NCBI RefSeq assembly: GCF_030144855.1
Contig: NC_082723.1
Span: 15,624,001 to 15,688,000 of the forward strand
From: Hypanus sabinus
Taxonomy: Eukaryota
Reading direction: 5' to 3'
DNA: 64,000 nt
Part shown: in pieces, positions 1 to 12,431 of the stretch
Position numbering within the stretch: the first letter of the stretch is position 1
Layout of the letters: every line of letters begins with the position of its first letter
The notes under the pieces: generated by a model
What the model saw: the letters and a program-made list of their open reading frames with translations, nothing else
Told to the model about the DNA's origin: nothing
The model's database searches: none
Program-made: the position numbers and the translations under genes

Positions 1-845
1 TTTGAGCAACCATAAAGGAGAAGAAGGTTTTGTTTTGCATCATCTTTCAAATTGTCTTATGGTCTTTTTCATTCCTATTTGATTGACAACCAAGGATTCT
101 CTAATCTGGTGACAAAGAGAGTGCTTGTTTTCCATTTGTAACAGGGCTGTGAAGATGCTCGCATCTTGTGTCCACTGCTCTGCACTGGAAATGGAGCAGA
201 TGGAGGTGAGAGAACTTGTAACGACCTTCCCACAGATTCCAAGCAGAGCTGCAGAGATGGCTGCCCCAGTGAAATACCATGGACAACTTTGCAAACATTC
301 CTCTAAAGATAAGGCACAAGGACAGAATCCGGGAGTGACCTTTCTTCCTGTCATCTTTTGTTGCATGTCCCTTCTCCCATCCCGTCCTCCTCTTCCTATC
401 TACTGTCCTCCCCAATCCACCACTGTCCTTTGGCTTAATGGTGAGAGCCTGTACTTGGACGACAGTTTAATGACCTGCAGGAACGTGCGCTGGTGTCCAA
501 GTTCCATCTGGACTGCCTGCCCTGCTCTCACCCAAGGAAAGGGAAAGATGGCACTACTCACACGGCTGGTTGGAGCAAAGTTCTCAGGTGTCATTGAGGC
601 TGAGGAGAAGGGTGAGAGGGCAAATCTCTCTTTCCTATTCATTCTTTCCACCTGGATAGCCAAACAAACAGTAGATTAAAATGTTGGTGTCACCTTTTTC
701 ATTCATGTCTCATTCAAGATCGAAGGTAAATAATCAAAAACCATACATAATATGTGGTATCATTGTTAGAGACAATACGTGTACATTATCAGTTGAGGTG
801 TTTTGTAAGGTTATCAGGCTCTATTGGTTCCTTAATGTTGTTATA

Positions 846-1250
846 GTCACGGGTGTTAGTGGGGCAAGCTCCCACCACCTATTGAATGGTGATGTGTGTC
901 TCAATAGCCTCTGTCAACCAAGTCCAGCTCCTGGCCTTCACATGTGGCTTAGCTACTAAGCCTGGTGGAAGTGTTTCTACGGCCAGGAGAAGGGTCAGAG
1001 GTGGGTTACTGGTGCCTTAAAACCAGTCGCTTTGGGCAGATGGGCTCATCAGCCGTGGTTGGCGGCTCATTTAGGAGAAGGAAAACCCTGATTTCAAACC
1101 ACTGCCTTGCTGCTATACCCCCTCATGGGGAAGGATGTGGGAATAAACCCCAAGGAAAAATCCAGAGTTGGAGTTCCTATGTTGAGTTCAATGCTGACTG
1201 GCAACTCCTGTGATGCCGCAGTGCCAAACTATGCCAGTCTCTGCCATTTC
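846..1250 (+). mobile_element. Non-autonomous RTE-derived element (5' leader part)
   Basis: Aligns by eye with the reverse complement of 19780-20330 (AATAGCCTCTGxCAACCAAGTCCAxCTCC...GCCTTAAAACCAGT...). Resembles RTE-clade 5' UTRs as recalled. Confidence 0.6.
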
Positions 1251-1427
1251 TTTGAATTCATCAACTGCATGGCAACAGATAGCTCTCCATATCGTACTGC
1301 ATGGCTTGTGTACGGGCTTGCGTAGACATCTAGGACGCAACATCCATGGAAGATTTATCCCTGATCAATGGAGGGTCTACTCCGGGCTTTATTGGGAAAA
1401 CTGCTAGTTTTCCCAAACTATCCCCAG

Positions 1428-1630
1428 TTATAGATAGAAATAGAAAACCTACAGCACCACACAGGCCCTTTGGCCCACAAAGTTGTGCCGAACATGTCCC
1501 TACCTTAGAAATTACTAGGGTAACCCATAGCCCTCTATTTTACTAAGCTCCATGTACCTATCCAAAAGTCTCTTAAAAGACCCTATCGTACCCACCTCCA
1601 CCACTGTTGCTGGCAGCCCATTCCACGCAC
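1428..1630 (-). mobile_element. CR1 LINE 3' end fragment
   Basis: Encodes AWNGLPATVVEVGTIGSFKRLLDRYM, matching the C-terminus of the CR1 at 4337-5263; TTTCTA-type tail. Confidence 0.9.
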
Positions 1631-1884
1631 AACTTGTACTTAAAGAGCACCTTCCCAACAAAGGATAGCACCATGTTGCAATAGCTAGACCAACAATTCT
1701 CCCTACTGAAAAACATCTCATCTTGCTTTCCAAGAATGATTTAAGGCAATGTACTCACAGCATGCTTCTTAATTAGAGAAGGCCTCTCCAAAGTTTCAAA
1801 ATGCAGAACGCAAAATGTCCAGATTAACAGTTTTGCTTAAGTTGGCCCCAACATTTCTCACATTACGATTGTGACTATGGTTGA

Positions 1885-2100
1885 AAGGTACTTAAAAACT
1901 CTGCTGAGACCATACTTCGAGTATTGTATACAGTTCTGGCTCAGCTCATCATTGGAAAGATGAGGAATCCTTTTATAGAGGGCGCAGAGGAGATTTGTCA
2001 GGATATTGCTTGCATTAGAGAGCATGGCTTATGAGGAAAGGTAGAGCGAGCTAGGATTTTTCTCTTTGGAGTTAAGGAGGATGAGAGGTGACTTGATGAT
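1885..2100 (+). mobile_element. Degenerate CR1 ORF2 fragment
   Basis: Decayed version of the KTLxRPxLEYCxQFW...QRRFxR...RMRGDL segment. Confidence 0.7.
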
Positions 2101-3486
2101 AAGATGTAGCTCTTCATTGACTGTCCATTCTCCTCCACAGATGTTGCATGTTCTACAGCTCTTCCAGCTGTTTGTGAGTTGCTCCAAATTCCAGTATCTG
2201 TCTTGTATCTCCTCAGGTTTCCTTTGTTGATCTCTAGGTATGATGTGCACGCTTATCATCGGCTAAGTGGTTGAACAATGAACAGAAAGGTAATTGTTTA
2301 AATTGAATGGACAGAGACCTGTTGATAGGGAGGCTGATGAGTTATTAATACACACCTATGAGAAAGCAAGATGGAAAGTAGAACTAGGACAGAGTCTTTC
2401 AGAACTAGAGATCGTAAGGAGGAAGTATTCAAAATAAAGAAAAGCTAGAATTTCTTCAGCTACGGGGTTGTTGGTCTTTGGGATTTATCCAGGAGCACAG
2501 AGGAGCTTTGGTCATAGTACATCCACAGCAGAGATACTGTCGATACCTGGGCACTTAAGGGAACCAAAGGACGTGAGACTAGTGCGTAAGTGTGACGCTG
2601 AGGCAAAAGATAAGCCATAATTCCCTGAATGGTGAAGCAGGCGGTGAGAAATCCATGTCGTCTTCTAGTTCTTAAGCTTCAGTTTTATTATTCGGTCAGC
2701 TAGTTATTTAGTCTGCACAAAATGAATCACCAAGCCAAGGTTCTGTACAAATAGAGGCTCCCAGTTCATGATGGAGAATGCACCAAGGGGCCTGCTGAGG
2801 AACGCTAACAGTTCAGTTGACAAGAGAACTAATTCTACAAGCAAGGGCCACCAATCAATAATTGAACAATCCTTTGAAGGGCTCGTACAGAGAGGTGCGG
2901 TTATACATGTTTCATGTGAAGTTGAAGCCGGGCTCACAGCCGCAGGTGCTAACACTCTGGCACCTTCACAGGTCCGAGGAAACATAAACCATCAAGCAGT
3001 ATTGAATGACACAAATCCACACAACTGCTATTGTATTTTTAGAAATTTTAATTTATCTCTTTGAATAATAAATGCAAACATGTTCCTGCAAATAAAGTGA
3101 AGTTGGTATTCCTGATGTAACTTGAACAATAACTCTGTGTTGATAAATTTAGTCTGCCTTGTTAGAATAATGAGTGGGTCTCCAAGTGCAACTATCACTT
3201 GTTTTCGGTCCCTGAGTCCAGCTGATCATCAGTTGAAATGGACGAAGGGGAAATAACCCAGACTCTCCTATGTTAGCTCATCTTTATTGCTGGAAGTAAT
3301 GCTATTCGAAGCTGTCTCTGTGGTGTCTGTAGAGAAATACTTGATTAGTATTGCTTAGTGAGGCTCAACCTCTGTGGCCACTTGAATGAGGTGTTCAAAG
3401 CTGCTGTCAGCTTATCAAAGCAAAGCAGGAAAGCAGTAGATCATAAGGTAATAAGCTATCATGAGGCAACCTGTCTAGTCACAAGC

Positions 3487-3590
3487 AAGTCCCTTGAAGG
3501 GCCTCAGACTGAAACGTCGACTGTTTACTCTTTTCCATAGAAGCTGCCTGGCCTGCTGAGTTCCTCCAGCATTTTGCATGTATTGCTTGA
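3487..3590 (+). mobile_element. Penelope-like terminal repeat fragment with degenerate hammerhead motif
   Basis: AAGTC-CCTTGA-AGGGCCTCAGACT-GAAAC-GTC-GACTG followed by the family tail CTGCCTGGCCTGCTGAGTTCCTCCAGCATTTTG. Confidence 0.75.
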
Positions 3591-3677
3591 GATAAACCTG
3601 ACTAGTCACTTGCTGGTTGATTTCTGAAGCCATATTGTAAAAGATTACAGAGTTAGACTAACATAAGCAATTTGTCA

Positions 3678-3960
3678 GGTAGCAGAGTGGTCAGCACAAT
3701 TCTCTACAGTTCCAGTAATCTGGGTTCAATTCCCGCCACTGCCTGTAAGGAGTTTGTATGTTTTTCTCGTGACTGTGGCAGTTCGGTCCAGATATTCTAG
3801 TTTTCTCCCGCAGTCCAAACTCAAACTGGTTGGTAGGTTATTTGGTCATTGTAAATTGTCCCGTGATTAGAATAAGGTAAAATCAGGGGCTGCTGGGTGA
3901 CATGGTTCAGGGGCCAGAAGGATCTATTCCATGCTGTATCACAAGAAATTTAAAAAAATA
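3678..3960 (+). mobile_element. tRNA-derived V-SINE (HE1-like)
   Basis: A-box-like GGTAGCAGAGTGG, B box GGTTCAATTCCC, V-domain GGAGTTTGTATGTT...CAGTCCAAA, CR1-like tail. Related copies near 7097-7375, 10828-11095, 24100-24345, 39495-39745, 40675-40980, 48235-48430 and 60080-60470. Confidence 0.8.
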
Positions 3961-3975
3961 AATTGACAGGACAAA

Positions 3976-5352
3976 TTATAGACCAGTGAGTCTTACTTTG
4001 GTGATTGGTAAGTTGTTGGAGAAGATCCAGAGGCAAGATTTATGAACATTTGGAGAGGTATAATATGATTAGGAATAGTCAGCATGGCTTTGTCAAAGGC
4101 AGGTTGTGCCTTACGAGCCTGACTGAATTTTTTGAGGATGTGACTAAACACGTTAATGAAGGTAGAGCAGTAGATGTAGTGTATATGGATTTCAGCAAGG
4201 CATTTGATAAGGTACCCCATGCAAGGCTTATTGAGAAAGTAAGGAGGCATGGGATCCAAGGGGACATTGCTTTGTGGATTCAGAACTGGCTTGCCCATAG
4301 AAGGCAAAGAGTGGTTGTAGATAGATCGTATTCTGCATGGTGGTCGGTGACCAGTGGGGTGCCTCAGGGATCTGTTCTGGGCTCCTTCTCTTCGTGACTT
4401 TTATAAATGACCTGGATGACGAAGTGGAGGGATGGGTTAGTAAATTTGCTGATGACACAAAGGTTAGGGGTGTTGTGGATAGTGTGGAGGGCTGTCGGAG
4501 GTTACAGCGGGACATTGATAGGATGCAAAACTGGGCTGAGAAGTGGCAGGTGGAGTTCAACCCAGATAAGTGTGAGGTGGTTCATTCTGGTAAGTCAAAT
4601 ATGATGGCAGAATATCATATTAATGGTAAGACTCTTGGCAGTGTGGAGGATCAGAGAGATTTTGGGGTCCGAGTCCATAGGTCACTCAAAGCTGCTGTGC
4701 AGGTTGACTGTGTGGTTAAGCAGGCATATGGTGCATTGGCCTTCATCAACCATAGGATTGAGTTTAAGAGCCGAGAGGTAATGTTGCAGCTATATAAGAC
4801 CCTAGTCAGACCCCACTTGGAGTACTGTGCTCAGTTCTGGTCACCTCACTACAGGAAGGATGTGGAAACTATAGAAAGGTTGCAGAGGAGATTTACAAGG
4901 ATGTTGCCTGCATTGGGGAGCATGCCTTTTGAGAATAGGTTGAGTGAACTCGGCCTTTTCTCCTTGGAGCGATGGAGGATGAAGGATGACCTGATAGAGG
5001 TGTATATCATGTTGAGAGGCATTGATTGTGTGGATAGTCAGAGGCTTTTTCCCAGGGCTGAAATGGCTAACACGAGAGAGCACAGTTATAAGGTGTTTGG
5101 AAGCAGGTACAGAGGAGATGTGAGGGGTAAGTTTTTTACTCAGAGAGTGGTGAGTGCGCGGAATGCGCTGCCGGTGACGGTGGTGGAGGCGGATATGATA
5201 GGGTCTTTTAAGAGACTCCTGGATAGGTACATGAAGCTTGGAAAAATAGAGGGCTATGGGTAACCTAGGTAATTTCTAATGTAAGTTCATTTTCGGGATA
5301 GCTTTGTGGGCCGAAGGGCCTGTATCGTGCTGTAGGTTTTCTATGTTTCTAA
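3976..5352 (+). mobile_element. 5'-truncated CR1 LINE, reverse transcriptase to 3' end
   Basis: ORFs 4005-4397 (QHGF, DFSKAFDKV, SGVPQGSVLG) and 4337-5263 (SKFADDTK) are joined by one frameshift; TTTCTATGTTTCTA tail. Confidence 0.95.
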
Positions 5353-6299
5353 ATTTCATGATAACTGATTGCAGGCAGACAGAAGGCAGCAGAAACTGTG
5401 AGTTGCAGAGCGAAGAACTGGCTGGAGCTGATACATTAGCAATTGGCCTAAGTGGACGTGCATTTGTGCCCACTGTTATTGATGTGGTGAGGTGCTAATC
5501 TAGCTCATCATGCCAATGTTGATGAACTGACCGCTCAACGCTAGTGGGGGGAAACAGAGGATGAGCTTGCCAGCTGACACAGCAGCAGGGGCAAAGGTGC
5601 CCGCATACATTCAACAACAAGGGAACATGGTGAGACACAAGGGCTAGGGGCAAAGGAAAATGTTTCAGGTAATGGAAGATCGAGGTAATGAAATCATGAG
5701 GATTGGTGCAAGAGCTCACCGTGTACCCAGACAAAATGAACGATAACTGTCAAGCTATTCTCACTTTCCAATCACAGATAGTATTCTCAGCAAAGGAAGT
5801 ACTTTTAACTAAGGTTGATCAATTCCTTTAAGTTAACAACAACCCCAGCATTACAAAATATAATCAGACCCCAAACTCAGCACTTGATTGAGTGAATCTT
5901 TATAACGATAGAAGGCCATTAAATAGAATTCTAATTGTGACTGTATTTACCAGCAAGCACCTACACTGATAAAACAGCAAAGAGTTTGAATAAACCAAAA
6001 CGATGAAACATGCACCTCTTTTTATAAGGCAGAAGCATATGAATTCAAATTCTTTTTAGCTGTCTGTACCTATGTCACTCTGGTAACACTTTCCTGCAAT
6101 GACATACCTGCGGTTCCTGCAGCTCAGTTTCTGCGCATTTAAATGCCTGCGGCGTCTTTCAGCAATTGAAATCCAACAGTATCTGTTGCAGCCGCTGGGG
6201 CAGAGCTGTGAGTCTTCTCCCTTCTTAGCACCTCCCCTAAAACATGAAGTATGTAAGATGACACGTGTTGAGATGCCCAAGGCTGTTGTTAGGATTTCA

Positions 6300-6870
6300 G
6301 GAGTGCACAGATTGCAAAAAGTTAGCAGACAGGCGTTGGGGATGGTTAAGAAAGTGTTGGACTTCAATGCAAGGGGACTGGAATATAGAAACAGGGAACT
6401 ACTGATACAATTGTACAGGGTACCGGTGTGGTGCTATACACTGTTTTGTTCCCTTATTTAATAATTTGGAGGTAGTCAAAAGGAGATTCATTGATTTAAT
6501 TCCTGGGACAATAGAGATCATGAGTGGCTTTAAAAATTACATTGATGTTCTTTGGAGTTAAAAAGAATGAGGAGTGATATTCCAGCGAACAAGGGGAACA
6601 ATCTTGAACGAGGTAGTTTTAGGATTAGGAGGAGGTCATTTAAAACTGAGGAGCAACAAAACTTCTAATTTAGGGAGTTCTCCACTCTACTGGGTGGGGA
6701 GGCTGGGTCAGTGGGGTGGGGGTGGCAATCAAAGTGGAAGTAGATATATTTGTTAAAAGGCCAGAGAATAGAGGGCAACAGGAGATGAGACAGATTAGCC
6801 CTGATCATCATGAAGGGAGCAGACTTGAAGGACCAAGTGATGTCTCACTTCTATTCTTCTTGTGTTTTTA
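6300..6870 (+). mobile_element. Old degenerate CR1 3' fragment
   Basis: ARGLEYRNRELLIQLYR resembles the CR1 RGIEFKSREVMLQLYK segment; decayed downstream. Confidence 0.55.
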
Positions 6871-7824
6871 TCCCAAACTGGACATCCATATAGTCACATT
6901 TATACCACGGTGAACATCAAGCACCTGGGCTTAGTAGACGTGGATAATCACGAGCAGAAACAACTGACTAAATTAATGAAGTATGTGCCAAAATAAATTA
7001 AAACCTGAGGTCTGACATATCTGACACCAAAGGAGTCATTCCAAACCTGTAATCAGATGTCAGATACAATGTCAGCATTTGAGTCCAGACATAGTCAAGG
7101 TAGCAGAGTGGTGCAGCTGGTAGAAGCTCTGCCTCGTAACAATTCTGTCAATTCAGTTTCAATCCCAAAGTTGAATGTGGCCTGTGTGGAGTCTTCTCTG
7201 GGTCCTTTGGTTTTCTGTCCACAACCACTGTAAGCTGCCTGCAGTGAGCGGAGAGGTCTGGGGATGGTTGGTGAGACGGTAGGGAGAATAAGAAATGGGA
7301 TTAGTGGAGGGCCTGTGTCATTGGGTGGTTGCTGGGCTGAAGGCTCTGTTTCCATTCCATTTCTCTCTTTGGGCTCTGTGAAAGGCAGACTGGTTCAACA
7401 TCTGTTCCAAGTTATCACCGTCGCGATACTGAGGGTCCCGCGCGTCGTGCGACGTAGTGCTGGCGACATGAGTTCAGTCTCCCAGATCTGACGTTGCTCA
7501 GCGAGAGGCAGAGGTTGCTGAGGTCAGACTGCTCACACCTTTGTGAGTTTACAACACCGTCTGCCTGCCCTTGGGTCCAGCCGCTTGGGCTTTGTGGTGG
7601 AGTAGCTGAAGGGTGAGTTCATTCTTCTGAATTTGTGGGTTGATGTGAAACACGCTTGTTTCATCCCAAAAGGCCACATGAGTGGCAGTGATGTGTTATA
7701 CACAGAATTCCGAGTATTACCAGTGTGTGGAAACAGTAACACTGTGAATTTATAGACACTGAATGTAAAAAACAAGCCATACATGGTTTTGTGTCAATTT
7801 TGATGAATAAACAGGGATTTTATA

Positions 7825-7958
7825 GATGCTGGGACCCTTGAGCAGCACAGACAAAACACGGGAGGAACTCAGCAGGTCATGCTGCATCTATGGAGGGGAA
7901 TAAACAGGCATCGGATTCTGCCTGACCTGCTGAGATCCCCCAGCATTTTGTGCGTGTG
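7825..7958. mobile_element. Penelope-derived fold-back element (centre deleted)
   Basis: GGAGGAACTCAGCAGGTCA...TGACCTGCTGAGATCCCCC inverted arms of the same family as 34891-35086. Confidence 0.7.
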
Positions 7959-8374
7959 TTTTTATGAATAAAACTATTTGATCATTGAGCTTTGATTAAT
8001 CTAAGCGCCAGGCCGATTTGGAGGCGGGGTCCAGGCCCGGAGCGTATTGATGCGACAGGGCCTGGGTCTTTGCGCAGTTTAATCGTGGGGCTGGGTGGAT
8101 CGAAGAGGCAGGGTGAAAGGACCAGAGGCGAGGGCTGGGCCGGTTCTGCTCTCTGACCCACGACGACCGCTCCTCTCTGCACCTCACTGATGCTGAGGCT
8201 GTGCCTGCTCCGGCTGCAGGGCTCTGTTTCATCCAAAATGTTATTTGCTTCGTTTTATTGTTTGCATGATTTGTTTCTTTTCTCTCTCTGCACATTGGGC
8301 GTTTTCAGTCTTTTTGCACTTTGAACTGTAGATAATGAAAAATGTAAAATATGTGTGTGTGAATGAGTCTGCCT

Positions 8375-9330
8375 GTGTCACTACATGCTGAGGTTCTTCG
8401 TGTCCCTGGCGTTGCGAAGAATGCGCCTGGCTTTGTTACTGCCCACTGCTTTGCTCTGTTGGATATGGCCACACTACCTATCCTTCATGAAACAGTTACT
8501 TTGGGAAAACACTTCTGACCGCAAATCCATTCGGCAGTGGTCTGCTTGGAATGTCCCGCAGGAGAAGGACATGATGGATCGATCCTGTGAGCTGGTTCCT
8601 CACGCAGACGGTCAAGCCCTGGCTGGCAGTTGGAAGTGTCGTCTCTGTCACATCCCTACTGCACGTCATAGAGTCTGCAGGTACCGGAAATCCAAAGCAA
8701 GGTCAGGTGGCACCTATGGAAAAGAGTAAGCAGTCAATGTTTCAGGCCAAGGCGCTTGCTCAGGACTGAAGAGAAGGGGGAAAGTCAACTCCTTACCCTC
8801 AGCCCATGATGCCCTCAAAATGTCTTACCATAGAAGGCTGTGGAGGCCAAGTCTTTGGGTATATGTAAAGCAGAGGTTGATAGGGTTCAAGATTAGAAAG
8901 ATTGCAAACAGAAGGCAGGAGAATGGGATTCAGAGGGACAATAAATCAGCCTTGATAGAACGGTGGAGCAGATGTGATGGGCTGAACAGCCTAATTCTGC
9001 TCCTATGTCTTATGGTGATAAGAATGAAATGACTGCCCCCCTCCTTGTGGGCTGCACATTGGCAAAGTAGGCCTGGAAAAGGGATGCAGGGGTCCTTTTG
9101 AACTCGGGTCTCAAGCAGCTGCGTGACAGAGGACTTTCTGATCTGTGATCTGTTCCCAGGGTCTCATACCTTTGCTAAAATCAAATACTGCTGGATTCGG
9201 TGAAGATGCACTTTGGACTGCCCAAAACGTGTTGGTCTTCCAGTACAGATGTCCGGAAATGGATGGTGTCGCAGAAGGACCTGCCACAGGATGCACTGTA
9301 AAGGAAAAGGCTGCTGTCCAGGGTCCTGCT
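8375..9330 (+). mobile_element. Degenerate Tx1-type (L1 clade) ORF2 C-terminal region, interrupted by Penelope and CR1 fragments (~8710-9015)
   Basis: HYMLRFFVSLALRRM...HYLSF...TSDRKSIRQWSA, then SSCVTEDFLICDLFPG and DALWTAQNVLVFQ, match chondrichthyan Tx1 ORF2 motifs as recalled. Confidence 0.7.
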
Positions 9331-9730
9331 GATACTAGTAATTGAGTTGCTAAGCCTCCCAAACAAAGATGCCTTGTATACCTGTATGTAAAACATTGCT
9401 AACTGGAAAATACTGTGAATGCAAAGGAAGCCATTCACTGTGTTTTTTTTAAATATTTGTTGTACAATTTAATGAATTCATTTGTTTTTGTTAAATTAAA
9501 AAGATTAACACAAATGATTAGAAGACCTTCATCCTCCCAGAGGGTGTAGAAATGTGGAACAAACTCTGAATTAGATCTGTATCAATTAGCACCTTTGGAA
9601 AAGTGCTGGATAAATATTTAATTAGAAACACACAAAAAGAGATAATTGAATGTCAAACGAAGCACGATGCGTTTGAATAAATTAAACAATGTAAAATGTA
9701 GAATATAGCAAGGCAAATATATGTAATATG

Positions 9731-10445
9731 AGATAGAAACATAGAAAACCTACAGCTCAATACAGGCCCTTGGGCCACAAAGCTGTGCTGAACATGTACT
9801 TACTTTAAAAATCACCTAGAGTTACCCAGAGCCCTCTATTTTTCTAAGCTCCATGTACCTATCCTGAAGTCTCTTAAAAGACCCTATCATATCTGCCTCC
9901 ACCACCATCGCCGGCAGCCCATTCCATGCACTCACCAGTCTCTGTGTAAAAAACTTACCCCTGACATCTCCTCTGTACCTACTGCCAAGCACCTTAAAAC
10001 TGTGCTCTCTCGTGTTAGCCATTTCAGTCCTGGGAAAAAGCCTTTGACTATCCACACAATCAATGCCTCTCATCATCTTATACACCTCTATCAGGTCACC
10101 TCTCATCCTCTGTCGCTCCAAGAAGAAAAGGCCAAGTTCACTCAACCTATTCTCATAAGGCATGTTCCCCAATCCAGGCAACATCCTTGTAAATCTCCTC
10201 TGCACCCTTTCTATGGCTTCCACATCTTTCCTGTAGTGAGGCGACCAGAACTGAGCACAGTACTCTGAGTGGGGTCTGACCTAGGTAACTTTACCTCAAT
10301 CCCATGGTTGATGAAGGCCAATACACCATATGCCTTCTTAACCACAGAGTTAACCTGCGCAACAGCTTTGAGCATCCTATAGACTCGGATCCCAAGATCC
10401 CTCTGATCATCCACACTGCCAAGAGTCTTATCATTAATACTATAA
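9731..10445 (-). mobile_element. CR1 LINE 3' fragment
   Basis: ORF 9822-10223 is near-identical to the C-terminus of 4337-5263; internal deletion near 10285. Confidence 0.95.
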
Positions 10446-11141
10446 TATAAAATTAAGGTAGCTGTCCTAAAATATCTGGGGAAAAAAATCACATCTAATT
10501 GCATAATCAGAATATTTCAAAGCACTACACAATCAGGCTGTTAATTTTTAAACTCTTTTTAGGAGCAGGAAGAGGGCAAAAACAAAACTCAATTAGAGCA
10601 GGATTGGACTGCTCTCAGCCAGCCAATGCCCGCATGAAGCGGTGGATTAGGAGCCAACAGACGTGTGAGAAAGGGAGTCAGAAACGTATAGGCAGAGCTC
10701 GCTCCATTTGCTGCCCGACTGTACCGACGTTTGTGATCAGGGAAGGAGCAGCTGGGGAAAGGGAAAAGGGAGCTGTGGTTAAAGGACGGATTCGCTGAGC
10801 TGGGATGGAGGTTTGAGGGTTATATATGTATTTATTTAGAGACACAGAGTGGAGCTGGCCCTTCTGGCCCAAGGAGCTGTGCTGGCCAGCAACCCACCTA
10901 TTTAACACCAGCCTAATCACATGGCAATTTCCGATAGGCAATTAATGTACTAGCTAGTACGTCTTTGGACAGTGGGAGGAAAGTGGAGCATCTGGAGGAA
11001 ACACACACGGCCACAGGAAGAATGTACAAACTTCTTAAATACGATGCCGGAATCAAACTCTGAACTCCAACACCCCGGGCTGTAATAGCGTCGCTTCCTC
11101 CTCTCCCTCCTCCTCTAGTCCTGCTCCCAGCTCCTCTCTGG

Positions 11142-11901
11142 TGTTACATGCTCACAGGTTGAACACGGGACAGTGCGACGATGTAATTGTCTCATGACCA
11201 TGGGGTGATGTTATGTCATGTGACGGTATGTTCCAAACCAAGCCCGCGGCTTATGACGCAGTTCTTATTTTTATTTTTGTGCAACGTTGTTGTTGCCGGT
11301 CGGAGGTGTGGAAGCTCCACCGGTTTTGTTTGTTGCACGTTTATTTTTCCCTTACAGTCCAGTATCGGAGAGTGAAGGCATTACTGGAGTTATCCGAGTT
11401 CAAAGGATTGGGTAAAGTTAATGTTATTCAGCGTCTTGGGAATGATCGACCTTTGTGAATCTGCGTTCCGGAATTGTGGCACGCACATTTGTGTTAAACC
11501 CCTGCAAGGTCGGGAGGGTTTGTACAGTGACCACCCTCCAGTCAAACGGTCAGCTCCTTTTATTTCCTCACGATTTCTGCGAACAAGGCATCTCCCGCTT
11601 ATGGGATCGGCAGATCATCATTACTTCGAAGGAATTGTTTGTTTCGGGAAATCTCTCCTTAATGACTGTATAAATCACATGGACTTTTGAATTTATCACT
11701 TTAAGTCTGTGCTTGGATGAGAACTCGTTAAGAACGGTTTCTAGGTTTAACTGTTCGTTAGATATTGCCACCTAACTGTTAACTTCCAGTTAAGTTAGTA
11801 GTTTGTTTACTTTTCTAAGTTTTGAGCAGAGGTTAATAAATCTCGGGATTTGTTTTAAACCCTGTCTCAGTTTCATGTTCATTGCTGCTGCATTCGTTAC
11901 A
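11142..11901 (+). mobile_element. Solo LTR, Gypsy/Ty3-type
   Basis: TGTTAC...GTTACA termini; exact 4-bp TSD CTGG (11138-11141 and 11902-11905); AATAAA near 11835; CpG-rich, no coding remnant. Confidence 0.8.
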
Positions 11902-12199
11902 CTGGTATCTGATATCATGGCTGCCAGCAGGGCGAGGGTATGTGGACTGTGGCTAATATCGGCACCATTACCGACACCCGCTGAGTGCCAGCGGGCTCAG
12001 TGATTCCGAGGAGCATAAGCTCTGCTTCAGCATGTCTACAGCCTCATCATCAGGCGTGGCATGGGAGAGTAGATATCACTGATCCTGTGCAAGGGTGTCC
12101 TGGGCTGCAAATCAGAGGCCGGGAGACCAGGTTCGGGGTTTGGTTGGCCCTTCTGTCATCAAGATTTACAATCCAGCTCCCCCGTCATCACGGACATCT

Positions 12200-12425
12200 T
12201 CAAAAGCCGATGCCTCAGGAAGGCAGCACTCGTCACTGAGGACACTCACCCTCTGGGACGTGTTCTCTTCACGTTCACGTTACCTCTATCAGGGAGGAGA
12301 TGCAGGAGCCTGAAGACCCACAATCAGTGTTTTAGGGACAGCTTCTTCCCCTTTGCTGTCAGATTTCTGGTCAGTCCATGAACCAAGGACACTACCTCAC
12401 AATTCTGCTTTTGTTTTTAATGTAA
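12200..12425 (+). mobile_element. Rex/L2-type LINE 3' fragment
   Basis: GGGAGGAGATGCAGGAGCCTGAAGACCCAC...CAGCTTCTTCCCC is shared with 28720-29215 and 31570-32275. Confidence 0.7.
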
Positions 12426-12431
12426 CTCATA

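Noticed and set aside
125-679. 184-aa plus-strand ORF
   Set aside because: No recognisable homology or supporting exon structure.
3270-3328. KDEL-like terminal exon (…SSNKDELT*)
   Set aside because: KDEL is not terminal, and the phase-compatible frame of the upstream candidate exon contains stops.
3678-3745. tRNA gene
   Set aside because: Only A/B boxes of a SINE head; no cloverleaf.
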